A stretch of DNA of 64,000 bases from Paraspadella gotoi (GCA_051294375.1 CM119271.1:9882291-9946290), one strand, 5' to 3'. Shown: positions 15,230 through 28,400, counted from the first letter of the stretch. The notes: generated by a model from the sequence alone, not told the origin. Numbers and translations are program-made.

Positions 15230-17549
15230 CTCTTCTCTCTCTCTCTCTCTCTCTTCTCTTTCTCAGTCTCTCTCCTTTTAATTATCTTTTACTTGTTATT
15301 ACGGGTGTATAACAAGGGATTGTAACAATGTTTAAGAAAGTTTATCTTTACTAAGAACTTTTCGTTGCCTCACTCCTTCACTACAATGGGAACAATGTTT
15401 TTTAGTTGTGCGCGAGTACGCGCGGAGCAAGCTCTATAGTCACTTTTCGGTCGGCTCTGTCGGTCTATCCCACTTACCATTAAATATATATATAATTTGC
15501 CTATAATTGGTTGCTCATATGTCAGGACAGGAAAAAAAAACCTCAAATCTAAGGACTGCTAACGCAGACTTCAGGAATCCTAAAACTATAAGGAATAAAA
15601 GACGGAATTTCGATGCAGTGCATGTTCATAAATACACGGGCAAAGAAAGTTTTTTGAGTCATGTCACCGTCATGCCATGTCATATCATGTGATTAAAGAG
15701 AAATACATGTGAAAATTAAAGTCAGCGACGCAACACATTAAAATTACCGTTTCTTGTTTTATTGTTTCAATCGGCAAAAAACTGCTCAACAGCTTCATCA
15801 CCCCTAACCCCCAAACTCGTCCCCCCCCAGGCATCCACCCCACAACGGATCGAGGAACAGCGGTGCCGTTCTGGCATTCTCACTGACGTCACTCCGTCTC
15901 GCAGTCGACGCCGCCGCCGCTCGCCCGATTCCGGCCCGCCCCCCCTTCCGCCCCTATTCGCCGCCACCCCGTCGGCCAGCCTTAGCGCGATGAGCAAGGC
16001 CCCGCAGGTTTCTGGGGGGGCTTTTTTCGATCTCTGGGCAATTGTTTAGCTTCGCATTTTGTTTTGATAGTTAAATATTAAGTTAAATATTATGGTAAAA
16101 GGTTGAAATCACGCAATTTTGAAAATTTATCACAAACTTTAAGAATAAATCAATTCAATCAACGAGCTATTTTTTGTCTTTCTTACTTCGGACAATCTAA
16201 GGACCTTGTACGACTTTTCATAAAGACAGTTTATTTACCACTAGATTACTTTTTATGTCCTTAAACTAAAATTATTAATTTAAAAGCGCTACTTTATTCA
16301 GCGTATCAAATTATCAAACTTAAAAAATATGTCAATTCTATCGTTTTTTCCACTTTAGGTATGAACTTGCAGTGCATTACTATCGCCCATCAGGAGTGTT
16401 AAATGGTAATATAAACAATTAATAAGTAATGGGGGACATTCTAAAATATTCCTTTCCCACTTCAGGGAGGAGGTCTTCCCCCCGGCCCTACCCCAGCCGG
16501 TCCAGCTCCTCCACCCCGACCCAAGGATTCGGTCTTCCCTTCAACCAACTCATCACAGTTCTATAACAAACAACCCTCTCTTAATCAAAACCGGTAAGAA
16601 TTAAAAAAAAAAACCGGAATTTAAAAAAAAAAAACCAAACCAAAAAAACAAAACAAAAAATCTATTTAAACAAAACAAAATAAATAAAACAAAACAAAAC
16701 CGTAAAGCAGAGCGAAACAATTAACAAAAAATAAATAAAAAAATAAAACGAAAATAAACAAAACGCTATTAAAAACAAACAATTAAAACCAAAATATAAA
16801 TAAACATAACAATTATCTGCATTTGCAACGAAATATATAATGATAATATACGCATATTGTAGTCATTAGATTACAAAATTTTCAAATAAACCTCCCAAAT
16901 TCAGATATATGATTTTTTTTTGTGCCTGGTTGAGACTACCATACTTAATGTCTACAACGCAATGGCTAAATTTGATCAGAAAAGTTAAGCATTGTATTTT
17001 TTTTAATAATTTTAGCGCGAGAGACAAAGAAGACAATTTAGTTCAGTTTCACGAGAGCTAAGTTTACTTCTCTCACATAATTAAAAAGTATCGATAAACA
17101 CGAAAAACGACAACGACTTTTTTCACAGAATGAATTCGTCCTCGCACCCGGCTCGTCGTCGGCCAATTCATCCGAAACGGACTGTTACTACGACGGAGGG
17201 ACTTTTTCTTCGGACAATGGTGAGCCCAACCAAATATCAAGTTTGGTCCTTTTTATATCATTTATGTCATTTTATGTCATTTTATGTCATTTTAGTCACA
17301 TCTGGTCCCTTAAGTCCAATACGTCAATTTATGTCATTTATGTCATTTCAGTTACGTTTTTTTTTTATTATTTGCTTATTTTAGGTCACCTTCGGACCTT
17401 TAGCCATGATGTTATCACGTCATCATGTAATGCGTTCTTTTATGTCTTTTAGCTCCTCAATGTTTTGACTATTTTATTGTGTCATTGTCATCGTCGTTAG
17501 GCAAGCAAGGGGAAAAGTTGGTTCTGCCAACAATGGGAGAAAAAGTTGA

Positions 17550-17621
<72 letters not shown>

Positions 17622-17939
17622 AAAATATGTTTTGTATGGTAAATATCGTATGTAAATTTTGATAATCATAGACGTATTCAAGTTACAGTAGTTGCCCCTC
17701 TCAGAAATTATGTGGATGTGGATGACGGATGGTGGTTATTATGGTTGTTAAAATATATGTTATATTTGTAATATTACAATTAGATTGATCAACCCACTTC
17801 CCTCTTAATTTCCTCAGATCTCGAAATGACTTCGTCAGTCTCCGCTCACAAGAAACTCGGCGCCGGCGGCGGGTCTCGGGTTCGAGCCCTGGCCAAGACC
17901 CTTGACAAGAAGGGCCTCTTCTCACATCAGCCCCTTTGA
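36..17939 (+). CDS. ADAM-family metalloprotease-disintegrin (ADAM12/19/meltrin-like architecture), 5'-truncated: disintegrin, cysteine-rich, EGF-like, transmembrane and long Pro/Gly/Ser-rich cytoplasmic tail
   Basis: Phase-consistent GT-AG exons: 36-162 ([15 protein letters not shown]), 2328-2428 ([21 protein letters not shown]), 2635-2741, 2987-3131, 3591-3705, 4141-4271, 4610-4795 ([36 protein letters not shown] plus TM start), 5191-5418 (TM end, PPPPPRP), 7202-7330, 7578-7751, 8349-8516, 11251-11301. Next are exons in the gapped/duplicated zone (11544-gap; in the second copy 14783-14904, 15831-16007, 16466-16593, with indel errors). Last are 17129-17219 and 17818-17939 (..GLFSHQPL, stop TGA). 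The metalloprotease domain lies upstream of the window. Confidence 0.92.
10690..11110. repeat. compound (GAC/GAT/AAC)n trinucleotide low-complexity tract in an ADAM intron
   Basis: Directly visible GAC/GAT iterations. A similar (GTC)n tract lies at ~712-1030. Confidence 0.85.
15398..15690 (+). mobile_element. non-autonomous interspersed repeat, DINE-1/HINE (Helentron-derived)-like
   Basis: Starts ttttagttgtgcgcgagtacgcgcgg..ctctatagtcacttttcggtcgg, i.e. a short palindrome followed by GTCG/GTCT units. A second copy at ~36145-36395 shares ctcaaatctaagggac, cttcaggaat.cctaaaacta and tgcagtgcatgt.cataaatac. The family assignment is inference. Confidence 0.5.
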
Positions 17940-20440
17940 AATCCGCAAGGACCACTCTTACTCCCCCGAAGCCCCGGTCACCCTCTTCCTCCTTACCCCG
18001 CCGCCCTTTGCCTCTCCGTTCGACGAATCACGAACAAAAGGGAAACAAATTATAGTTTTCGTCTTCCGTCGCCACCTGCATTTTAGTTTGTTTTTTTTTT
18101 TTTCTCAAAATTTTAAATTTAAGCGCCGAAATTTAACGAATTTAATCAAAAACAAAGGAGCAACGATTTTTTTTTTTTTTTTTTTTTGCTTTCGTTTAAT
18201 TCAACTTAATAGTTATTATTATTACGCTGTTGTTTCGGGTCGTTTAAATATGTCCGCCAACCACTCTTTCTCTTTATCTCTTTCCATTTTGATCACTCTC
18301 TCTCCCTCTCCTTCTCCCAAGACAATTTTTTTAGTCACGAGAAATAAGAAGCTATTTTTGCTTTTAAACAAAGATTCACTCTCTCTCGCTATCTCTCTCT
18401 CTCTCTCTCTCTGTCAGCGTTTCTTCTCTCCAACCACAAGAGGGGGCATTCTCTTTATTTTTCATTTTTAAAAACCGTCGAAATTCGTCCAAAAAAAAAT
18501 ACATTTAAACAAAAAACAAAAACCAACATCATGTGCTAAAATATAAAAACGCTACTGCGCCAAAAAAAAATTAACCCCCTTAAAAAATAAAACAAACCAT
18601 CGAAACATAAAACAAAACAACCAAAAAACAAAAAAACAGTCACGCCTCCGCGTTTTCGAAGATCAAGTGCTACGAAAAACAACAAAAAAACGAGAAATGA
18701 AAACTAATGACTAGAAAGTTGTTTTTTTTAAGTAATCGTAACTTGAGACACTAACGTTGAGGGGGGCACTTTCCCCTCGTTAGCCGTTCGCCGCGCCCAT
18801 CTCGCGCTTCCAACTCTTTCCACGCCCACACCACCCCCCTTCTCCCGCCCCCGCCCACCCAGATTCGCAGCGCCCTCTCGCTTCTCGGCGTTTTTCGTAC
18901 TTTTCATATACTTTGCAAAACAAAAATATTACCAAAAAAAAAAGTATATTTGTACATTGAAGAAGTATTTTCGGAGGAGGAATCCGTAAAAAAAACGACT
19001 TGTTACCCGTTTTTGCTCTGTCAAATAAACTTGGGCTTGGCAACGACGATATTTTGATATTTAATTTGTACAACGTTAACTCCGGACTATGGCTCCGGAT
19101 TTCGTACATCGCGCAAAATAACAGAAACTGAACATTTAATCATTTACCTCCTAAAGTAATCACGAGGCGTAATTTATGACTTTTACATTCTAATCGTTTT
19201 TATTGCTTGCAAATCAAGCGAATTAAAACTTTTAATTTAAAGAAAAAAGAATATATTTTTGATACTGGATTTAGGAGGATCAAAGCTTGCTCGCGCTTAT
19301 TAGTTGTTTACCTCCAAAAAGTTTTACTGTTTCCTCCTCTGAAAAAATTCTTATTGTCAAAAAAAAAGAATGTCATGTTTATGTGGTAAAATGTGGTTGT
19401 AATCAAAGAAAAACCAACAAACAAAATATATTTTACATATTTTTTTTCGTATGAACTGCAAAAAAATCGTTATATTTATTAAGAACATAAAGCAGATAAA
19501 AAGGGACTAAGGGTGCTAATATTTATAAAAGTTTTAAGTTATAACAATACTATTATGTTTTAAAGAAGTTATTATTGGGATGATAGTAGATTTTTAATTT
19601 TTTTTTTGTTTAATAATTCGGTTTTGGAAACGATTATTTTTGTGCGTCATAAGCAAGATTAGGATTTAAACTTTTTTTTTTGCTCAAGAGTTTTGAATTT
19701 GCCACACATTTTCAAAGAGAAAAAATTGCTTGCTATTTTGTTTTGGTAATGGAAAAAGCGGTTGGGAAAAAAACAAACAAAAAAAAACTCAAAAATTCCT
19801 TTGGCCGTCCTTCGTATTCTTGTAATCGACAGTTACACAATGAGTACTACTATATATTTAAATCCTTAATCTCTATGTTGAATAAAATATTTGTAAACTT
19901 TACCCGGTCGTAAACTCTACCCGGCTGTCGAAGAAAACAACTTTTTTGTACAATTTTTATTATTTTAAGTTCGCGAAATTGAATGTTTGCGCAGTGCAAT
20001 TTTTTTTCTTCTTTTCTTTTTTTTTTGGGGACAATACAATGCATAAAATAATTTTTGAAAAAAAATCATTTAATAACTTTTAAGTTGTTTTGCACGCGAA
20101 TAAATCAAGATATGCCTTCCCCTTAAGTCATTTCTCGTTACAAATTTGACTGGATTCTACTATCGGCGGTGTTGTTGTTGTTGTTCTTTTTGCTGTTGTT
20201 GTTGGTCCTGATTGTCCCCGGCTATCGTCGGCATGGGTTATCATTAAGAAATGATTAACTTCAATTTATGTATTATTACCATAGTTTAAAAAGCTGATTA
20301 ATTAATAATATAAGATTGAAGACCCATTTTTAAAATTTTGGTTGTCAATTTGGTAGTACTAAAAATATTCATTGCTTATCGATATACTGTGTAATGTTTA
20401 TCTCTATGTATGAATAAGTCAATTGCATACCGAGGCTGGT

Positions 20441-20805
20441 TAATAAAGCATAGTAAAAATTCTAAATTTAACTTTAATTAAAATTCTAAAAGTGAGGAAC
20501 GAACAACATTATATTAATGAACAATGAACATTTATGTATAAAAATAAAAGAAAAAGAATTTTTAAAAATGATTTATATTTTCTTTTCAACTTTTGACGAG
20601 GAATTCAAATCTGCAATAAAAATTATGAAAAGCCTATTTTGAAATTGTTTGAATTTATAAGGATAGTACTATATATAAAGATAGCCTACTGCGAAAATTG
20701 AAGAACATAAAATTAATTTTTTTTACAAATTAATGTTCACTGATGGTATGTTGTTTATAATTGACGTTTAGAATTTTCGTATGTAAGTTTCACTACGCTC
20801 TACTG
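20441..20805 (-). mobile_element. degenerate copy of the foldback/MITE element at 37730-38265 (inverted, internally shorter)
   Basis: 20441-20520 is the reverse complement of ~38180-38265. The segment 20683-20805 (gcctactgcgaaaatt..gtaagtttcactacgctctactg) is the reverse complement of ~37730-37855. Confidence 0.75.
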
Positions 20806-22957
20806 GTTAATGCTTCTTCTGCTAAGTGCATTGATTCAGTTTTCTTCTTTACTGTTACAAATGTAATAGTCATCTTTAAACATATTTTTTTCTATTAAAG
20901 ATAAATTAATAGACTACTGGGCTTGATGTCCTTGTAGTATAGGTTGAATACTTATTGAATGAATATTGAATAATTACTAAATTTCGCTCAATATTGCAGC
21001 AAAAATTTTCGCAATTAATAGGCCGATATTTAGATCATACCTAGAGTTACTCGTCTCTGAAATTGTTTTTCTATATATTTTCACATCGTTTTAATCGTTC
21101 TAGTTTAATTGTCAACCACTCAGGAACTGTGCTCTGAACGATTCTCCAACAAAAATGCTTCTAAAATAAAGTGATCAGCTTTTTACAATAAAAATATTTC
21201 ACCCCTCAAAATTGTCAAATTCTCTCACATTTACTACTTTTCTGGGTTACTAACAAAATAATGGTAATATTTCAGTGAAGCAAAGCAAACAATTAGATTT
21301 TCTACAACAGTACGTGCTATGCAGGTTTAAAACTGTACTCCGTACTCTATAGGTTTAAAACTGTTTAAAAACTAATTCACATCAGCAACCAAAATCCTCT
21401 GCATATTTTTTTCGTGTTCTGTGTTCACATTTTTTTCAGGTAGCATAGTGGAGAAAGTTTTTGCACCCACACCGTCAGACGTAGAGTTGAGGAAAGTTAT
21501 CCCAATTATGATGTTATAATACCTTAAATACAACGATTACTACATATGAATATTTTGGTAAATCTATTTTACTACTATTATTGGTTACATGTATTTTTAA
21601 ATCGATCTACAGTCCGGGTTATTTTTTTTTTTTACTTAGTAGCATGAGTATTTCGTAATATGTATATAAGAAAAGTTAAACGGATTCGTAAGTCCCCTAC
21701 CCAAAATACGTGATCGCAACAAAGTCCCATTTTTAAAAACTTTTCAAAACGGTTGTTTTTCTTTCTATTAGACGCTGGTGTCTTTTGTTTGTTTTGTTTT
21801 GTTTTGTTTTTTTTGTTTTCTTTTTTTTTTTCCTTTTTTCCTTTTCTGTTTTTCATGCTTGACCCAAAAAATGTATTCTTCGAGTTGTGTAAAATTGCTG
21901 TTCGTCGAAAACAAAAAACTACAACAAAGTAAATAAACAAAAGAAAAAGGTCAAATCCATGGTTACCGTCATTAAACAACAAAGAAATAAAGAAAAAAGG
22001 CTAGTCAATAAAGTCGTTCATCGATAGTAAGACTTAAGTTTTAACTGCCACTTTTTTTTAAGTACCAAAAAAAAACCATTTTTTTTTATAAAAAATAGCA
22101 TGACAGTGGTTGTAGATATTTTGATGTACGATGAATATTACTGTTTGATATTATTCTGTCATTCAATAATCATTATTACCATGATTATAAACAGCAATAT
22201 TGATGCAACCTGTTACTTTTATTGTTGCCATTAGAATATCATTTTTCATGTCAAAACCTTGGTCATTATTTTTTAATAGGTACAGCTAAGTCAAAATTTT
22301 TATGACAATAAATTAACATAAAGATATCAGCTAGAATTTAGCAGGTAAACTATGTATTTCTAGATTTTTCTTAAAAAAAAAAAACAATGTTGTTCACATT
22401 TATTCTCTGTAGTGTCAATTTAATTCATTCACGATTAATAACAAACATATTATTTTCTTCTAAGTTCCGTTTTATAATCATGAACAACGAATAAAATAAT
22501 GAAAAGAAACGCCTTAAAAATAATAAGACGCAAATGACGTATTTAAAATTAGCGTGTTTTGAAAATCCTCGTCACAAGGAATTAAGTCGTTAATTTAATT
22601 TAATCTGATCTGTGACAGAGAAAAAAATAAGTACAATTTGAACAAAAACGTAGAAGAAAAACTACTGTCAATCGATGTGCGTTTCTAGCGCCCTCTATAA
22701 AAACTGTTGGCCTTCTTTTTCGGAACTCTACCCTTTGACCACCAAATCCATAGGAATGTGCGCCCAATTCCCACCATGTGCATTGTGCAATGGACATTAT
22801 CTTTTGATGAACATTTGAAATATTATAATTAGACTAAACTATTTTTTATAAGTTAATACTTTATCTACTTAAATAGGCAGTTCTCTGATAAGGGGTAATT
22901 ATTAATATCATTATGATTAATTATTATTTGAGTCCGACATCTCTGTATTCCCTCCTC

Positions 22958-23810
22958 TTAAAACTTTTTGAAATCCTCCAATCCCACGAGAGAAAAGAAA
23001 AGCTCCTTGACGTCGTGGGCCAACGAGTTGAAGGATCCGAGATCGAGGCGTCGACGAACGACTTCGTCATCCTCGAAGACGTCGTCGTCGATCCTCGCCG
23101 CCAGGGGCGCTGAGACGGCGACGACGTCGCCGCCGACGGCGAATTCCAGCTCGTGGCGGCCGGCGTTGTCGACGTCGTCGGGCGGCGTCGTAATGGGGTC
23201 GGCGGCGTCGAAGAGGTTGGAGGCGGCGACGAGGGATTGGAGGCGACGGAGCGCCGAGGAGGGGACGTAGGAGGAGCGTCTGGAGGGAGGGTGGAGGAGG
23301 AGGAGGAAATAGGAGGATGAGGAGGAGAAAGGAGAAAAATAATAGAGAAGAGGACGAGGAAAGGGAGGAAGAAGAGGAGGAAATGAGAATAAGGAGGAGG
23401 GGGAGGAGGAGGAGAAAAATAAGAAAGAAAAAGGGAGATGGACAAATGACACTTACGTCCCTAAATCTATTTTTAGCCTACTCGTTGACGAAAAAAAAAA
23501 CGCTTCGACTAAATTTGAATGTGTTTTGTTAGATGTTGTTTTGTTGCTAGCAAAATTGAACAAAATAGAGCAAGTGATGCAATCAAACAACAAAAAAGTA
23601 CGAAAAATTAAGCTTTAAGTTTTACCTCTCCCTTCACCGTCAAATAACCCACCTGACGACGGCCTCAGCAGCGGCGGCGGTGGCGGACGAGGAAAGGTAA
23701 GCGTAGCGAAGAAGTCCGTCCGCGCAGAATTCGATTTCTAAGAAATGATGTCTTCTCATACCGGGTTTTGCCGCGTAGTAACGCAGGTAGATGTCGGCCG
23801 TCGTCCCCAT
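22958..23810 (-). CDS. highly diverged Mago nashi (exon-junction-complex subunit)-like protein, 159 aa, 2 exons
   Basis: Exon 1 is 23810-23653 (158 nt, donor GTGGGT) and exon 2 is 23279-22958 (acceptor CCTCCAG), joined in phase 2. Protein: MGTTADIYLRYYAAKPGMRRHHFLEIEFCADGLLRYAYLSSSATAAAAEAVVRRSSYVPSSALRRLQSLVAASNLFDAADPITTPPDDVDNAGRHELEFAVGGDVVAVSAPLAARIDDDVFEDDEVVRRRLDLGSFNSLAHDVKELFFSLVGLEDFKKF. It matches the Mago motifs D.YLRYY, H.FLE.EF..DG.LRYA, PPD..GR.ELE and D.K.L.FSL.GL in order. An in-frame TAG lies 30 nt upstream of the ATG. Confidence 0.85.
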
Positions 23811-24264
23811 GACAACGATTTTTTTTGTTTTGTTTCGCTAACTTTGTATCTTCGAAGCAAGATGAACAATTATTAGACAGATTGGAACAAATACAAAAGT
23901 CATGTGACCGAAACAAAGAAGTCATTAATTCTTGTAAAAAAAAATATATAGTAGTTTTTGTCGTTGAGAAATTGTCAACGAAAAGATGTTACTGGTTCTC
24001 AAATGCAAAGAGTAAAGCGGCGCGTAATTTCCTCTATCTTGAATTTTTTTTTCAACCTTTCGTTCTTCTCTTACCACTCTCCTCTTCTTTATCTCCATTC
24101 ATCTTCCCCCTTCCACCTCCCTCGATCACTTCACCACCTTCCCCCACTCTCCCTCCCCCTCCCTGCTCTCCCCCCTTCACTTCACCACCTTCCCCACTCT
24201 CTCTCCCCCTCCCTCCCCTGACTTTTTGAACTTCCCCCTTCCTCCCCTCCCTTCTCTCCCCCCT

Positions 24265-25361
24265 TCACTTCTCCACCTTCCCCCCCTCTCTCTCCCTCTC
24301 TCCCCTTCTCTTTTCCACCTTCCCCCTCCACTTCCTCCCCCCCAACGCCTCCTTCAAGAACGCCGTCATCTCCACTCGATTCACCGCGCTCCCTCTAGCG
24401 ACGTCCAACGCCGTCTTTCCCTCGGCGTCTCTCGCCGCCACGTCAACTTCCGGTTTCGACGCCAAAGCCTTGACGACGCGCAGCCGCCCGCGCGCCGCAG
24501 CCAAATGCAGCAACGTCCGCCCCGCCGCGTCGACGACGCCGAGATCCGCGCCGAAATCTCGTGCCATCAGCGTCAAAAACTCGGCGTTTCCGGTTCGTTC
24601 GACGACGATCGACGCCGCGGAGGCGCCGTCCTTGTTTCGCCGGAGATTGACGGCGACGCCGGTCTCCAGCAGCAGCCGAGCCGCGTCCCAGCGGCCGCGG
24701 CGGCAGGCGATCATCAGCGCCGTGCGTCCGTCGTGGCACTGGGCGTCGGGATCGGCGTGCGGCGTCTCTAAGAGACGAGAGACTTCGTCGGCGCGACCCG
24801 AGTCGGCCGCCCGCATGAGAGCCGTTTCGCCGGAGGCGTTGCGAGACGGGTCGCGCTTCCATGATCGGCCCTTAAGGGAAAGGGGAAGGATAATTTTCAA
24901 TTTTAAATATTGGCTTCATGTTAATTTAAAATATGCTATTGTTTTTAACTAATTTGGGCAATTGTTTGCCCCAAATAAAAAAAAATATTTATTCATTGAG
25001 GCGACTTACCACCGGTCTTTCTCTCTAAACCCTTCCTCTCTCCTCTTTCTTCGAGCCGGTCTATTCCACACGGTCACTTTGCCCAAGCTTTGGCAATGAC
25101 CTTAGATTGACCAGACACAGTAATAGGGCCGGGGCGACCGTATGGAATAGACCGGCTCGGAGAAAGAGGAGAGAGGAAGGGTTTAGAGAGAGAGACCGGT
25201 GGTAAGTCGCCTCATCATTTATTTATTTAAAATCATTTATTGATTCCCAATTCATTCTTCATTCATCCTTCATTCATCATTCAACTTTTATTCATCCTTC
25301 ATTCATCTTTGATTCCTCTTGCATTCATAAATAATAATTAATAAATAGTAAAAATTAAAAA

Positions 25362-25402
<41 letters not shown>

Positions 25403-28400
25403 TCCACTCCCAACCTTCGTCCTCAAAATCTTCTTCAACTCGCTCGTCGACGCCAACGAATAAGGAGTGTAGCCGTCTCCGGAGACGACGGCGTCGGCGA
25501 CGCCTCTCTCGGCCAGGAACCGGACGATCTCGCTCTTTCCGGCGTCGGCGGCGTGATGGAGCGGCGTCCATCCGGCGGCGTCGGCGGCCTCCAGGTCGGC
25601 GCCGGCGGCTGCGAGAATCCGGAGAAAGTCGAGGTTGCCGAGTTTGGCGACGACGTGGACGGCGGAGATGCCCGTCGAGTGGACGGAGGAGTTGACGAAG
25701 GTGAGCTTGAAGGAGGAGAGAGAGAGAGAGTCGTTGTTATTTTCTTTTCCTTTCACAATATTTCTCTTCATGTATTTCTTCTTCAAAATTACCCCAACTC
25801 GATCTTCCATCGAAAATGTCCGTCTCACCTTGTCGAGGACGCTTCTCGCGTTGACGAGCCGCTTGGCGAGAACGGTGTAGCCTTTCTCGGCGGCGAAGTG
25901 TAGGGCGGTCGCGCCCAAGTCGTCCGGTCGGTTAACCTTCGGTCAATCAATAAATGAATCAAAAGTCAATCATTTTTCAATCATTCAATCAAATTATTAA
26001 ACAGGCATTGATATACATTAACGATCGATCAATCAATCAATATCACAATGAATCCTAAATTTTAGCGACGAGAACTAGAATAGCTAAGTCACTGAATTAG
26101 TTTAAGTTAAACTTTTTAGACTTAAGACTTTAGACTCTAAATTTTATATAATGAAATTGGTACAACCAATATAAAAATTATCCATTCATTTAATAAATAA
26201 GCTATCTTGCCCCTGACTTTGGACAGGCTTTGGTGGTTTAAGGCCTCCATCACTCTTACAAGATAATGACATAGCAGGTCCCTGCAAGCTTTCAATCAAG
26301 ACTCTCTCACAGTCTCGTTTATTCACTCCCAGAGTACCTGGCTTCCCTATCAATATTATTTTATATAATATTATTTTTTTTTAATAACAAGAACGATATT
26401 AACTCAATTGTTAAATGCAAAAACAGCAACGATCTCTGGTTAAAACTTTAAAAACCTTAAATTTTTTTCACATTTTGAATATGCCAGATTGTATGCTATA
26501 TGCCAGATCATTTTTTTTACTGGCTAAACGGTCTGAAATTATGCCAGATTTGGCACACAGTTTGCTAAGTTTTAACCAGAGGCAACGGTATCAATGAAAA
26601 CGTAAAAAGACGATCTTTTTTTTAAAAGCGTAAAACACTGTAACACAGTAAAATAAAAACTACACTAATAAAGATGTAACATTTCATTTAATATTTTTTT
26701 GTTATGAACTCATTCATAAAAATGATAAAATATTGTGTTTTTTTTTATTTTTTTTTTTTTAATGAAATCGACATTCGACATAAATGACATACTGACGTAA
26801 TGACAAAAGGACCAGACATGACCAAAATGACGTAAATGACATAAATTGACATGAAAGGATAAAATGACATAAAAGGACCAAACTTAGCTTTAAAGACATA
26901 AACGACGTAAAATGACGTAATGACTAAAAGTTTTGTTTTGTTTTTTGTTTTGTTTTTTATTTATTTCAAAAAACCACGATGACAGTGAAAAAAAAAGATT
27001 AAACTCTCTATTTGGGTTATTAATAAATAATAGCAATAAACGATCTTCGATCAATCCTGATGAGTTAAGAGAGTCCTTGAAAAGAAAGAATAATCATTAT
27101 CATTCGTAAAACTACAATACTTCAATAAAATACTTAATTTTATTTTAAAAAATTAAACTAAACTGAAATCATTCACAAAATAAAACTTCTAATAGAACCA
27201 AATCAAATGATATGAGAAAAAATTTAAATTACTGCAACATGCAAATGATATTGAGGAACTGAATCATTTTCACCTCCGCCCCCAGATTGAGGAGTCGATG
27301 GGCGAATTTGAGTCGATCGTTCTCGACGGCCGTCGAGAGCAACGACCTCCCGTCGTCGTCTAAGACGTTGACGATCTCCGGGCGACGCTGGACGATCCTC
27401 TTGACGCGATCCAAGTGGAGGCCGCCTTCAAAGAAGAACCAGAGGCAAGAGTGGAGGACGCGACGGGCGGCTGGGGTGATCTTGGGGAAAGGGAGTAGGA
27501 GCGGGTTGGAGTGAATAAATGGAGGGATTCAGAGAATGGATGGATTGACTGAATGGATGGATTGAGTGAATGGAGGAATGAATGAATAAATGAATGAATG
27601 AATGAATGAATGAACAAATTATGTAGGGAATTAATGATTTTTAAGATTAATGAAGAAGTAAATATATATATATATTTTGTTAATGAACTGTTTAATGATT
27701 TTATTAAATAAATTAAGGAACTTGTGAATAATGTATGAATATAAAATGAATGCAAGGATGAATGATGCAGAAAATGAAACAAGAAAGTGGGCAAATTAAT
27801 GAAGGAATAGATCTATCAACCAATAAAACCGCCAATCATGGACTCAATCCCGATTCAATCAACCATTTAATTAATGAATCAATCAATCAATCAATCAATC
27901 GGTCCACCCACCCCTAATATCCCTAACCTGCGCGCCGCCGTCGATCAAATAAAGCAAGATTCTTTTCTCGTCGACGTCGGCGTCGTCTTCATCGTTTTTG
28001 TCGACGTCGCCGTCGCCGTCGTCGTCGTCGCGTCGAGAGGCTTTCCGCTTCTCGATCTTCTCGACGATCCATTCCAAAGGCGCGACTCCATCGGCGTCGG
28101 GTCGGCTCACGTTGGCGCCGTGATCGATCAGCGCCGCGACGATGTCGGCGTTGCAGGCTCGGAGTGCGGCGCCGAGGAGCGTTCCTCCGCCCTGGAGTAG
28201 AAAACGGTTTGTTGGTTTTGTTTATTTATTAATTTGTCTACGCAATGATATATTTATGTTTACACTGACATTTCTTGATTACGGTCTCTTTTATTTTTAT
28301 TTCTATATTTCTTTATTCACAAATTTATCCGTTTAAGTATCTCATAAAATGTTATCTTATCTGTTCATTTATTTATTTGTTTGTTTAATTATTTATTTAT

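Larger units (their letters stand above)
10407..16593. repeat. ~3.1 kb tandem duplication (10407-13530 vs 13565-16593), probably an assembly artefact
   Basis: Both copies start aatacgcatcggtata and end caaaaccggt, and are separated by exactly 25 N (13540-13564). Copy 2 is full of single-base indels and contains the sequence that is N-gapped in copy 1. Confidence 0.85.

Noticed and set aside
23279-24347. Splicing of the last ankyrin exon (donor GTTGGG at 24346) to exon 23279-22958
   Set aside because: It is phase-compatible, but the downstream exon is the second half of the Mago-like gene, which has its own ATG exon. The ankyrin frame has its own stop at 24265.
27058-27090. CTGATGAG..GAAA hammerhead-ribozyme-like motif
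   Set aside because: The stem II closing G-C pair and stems I/III cannot be formed.
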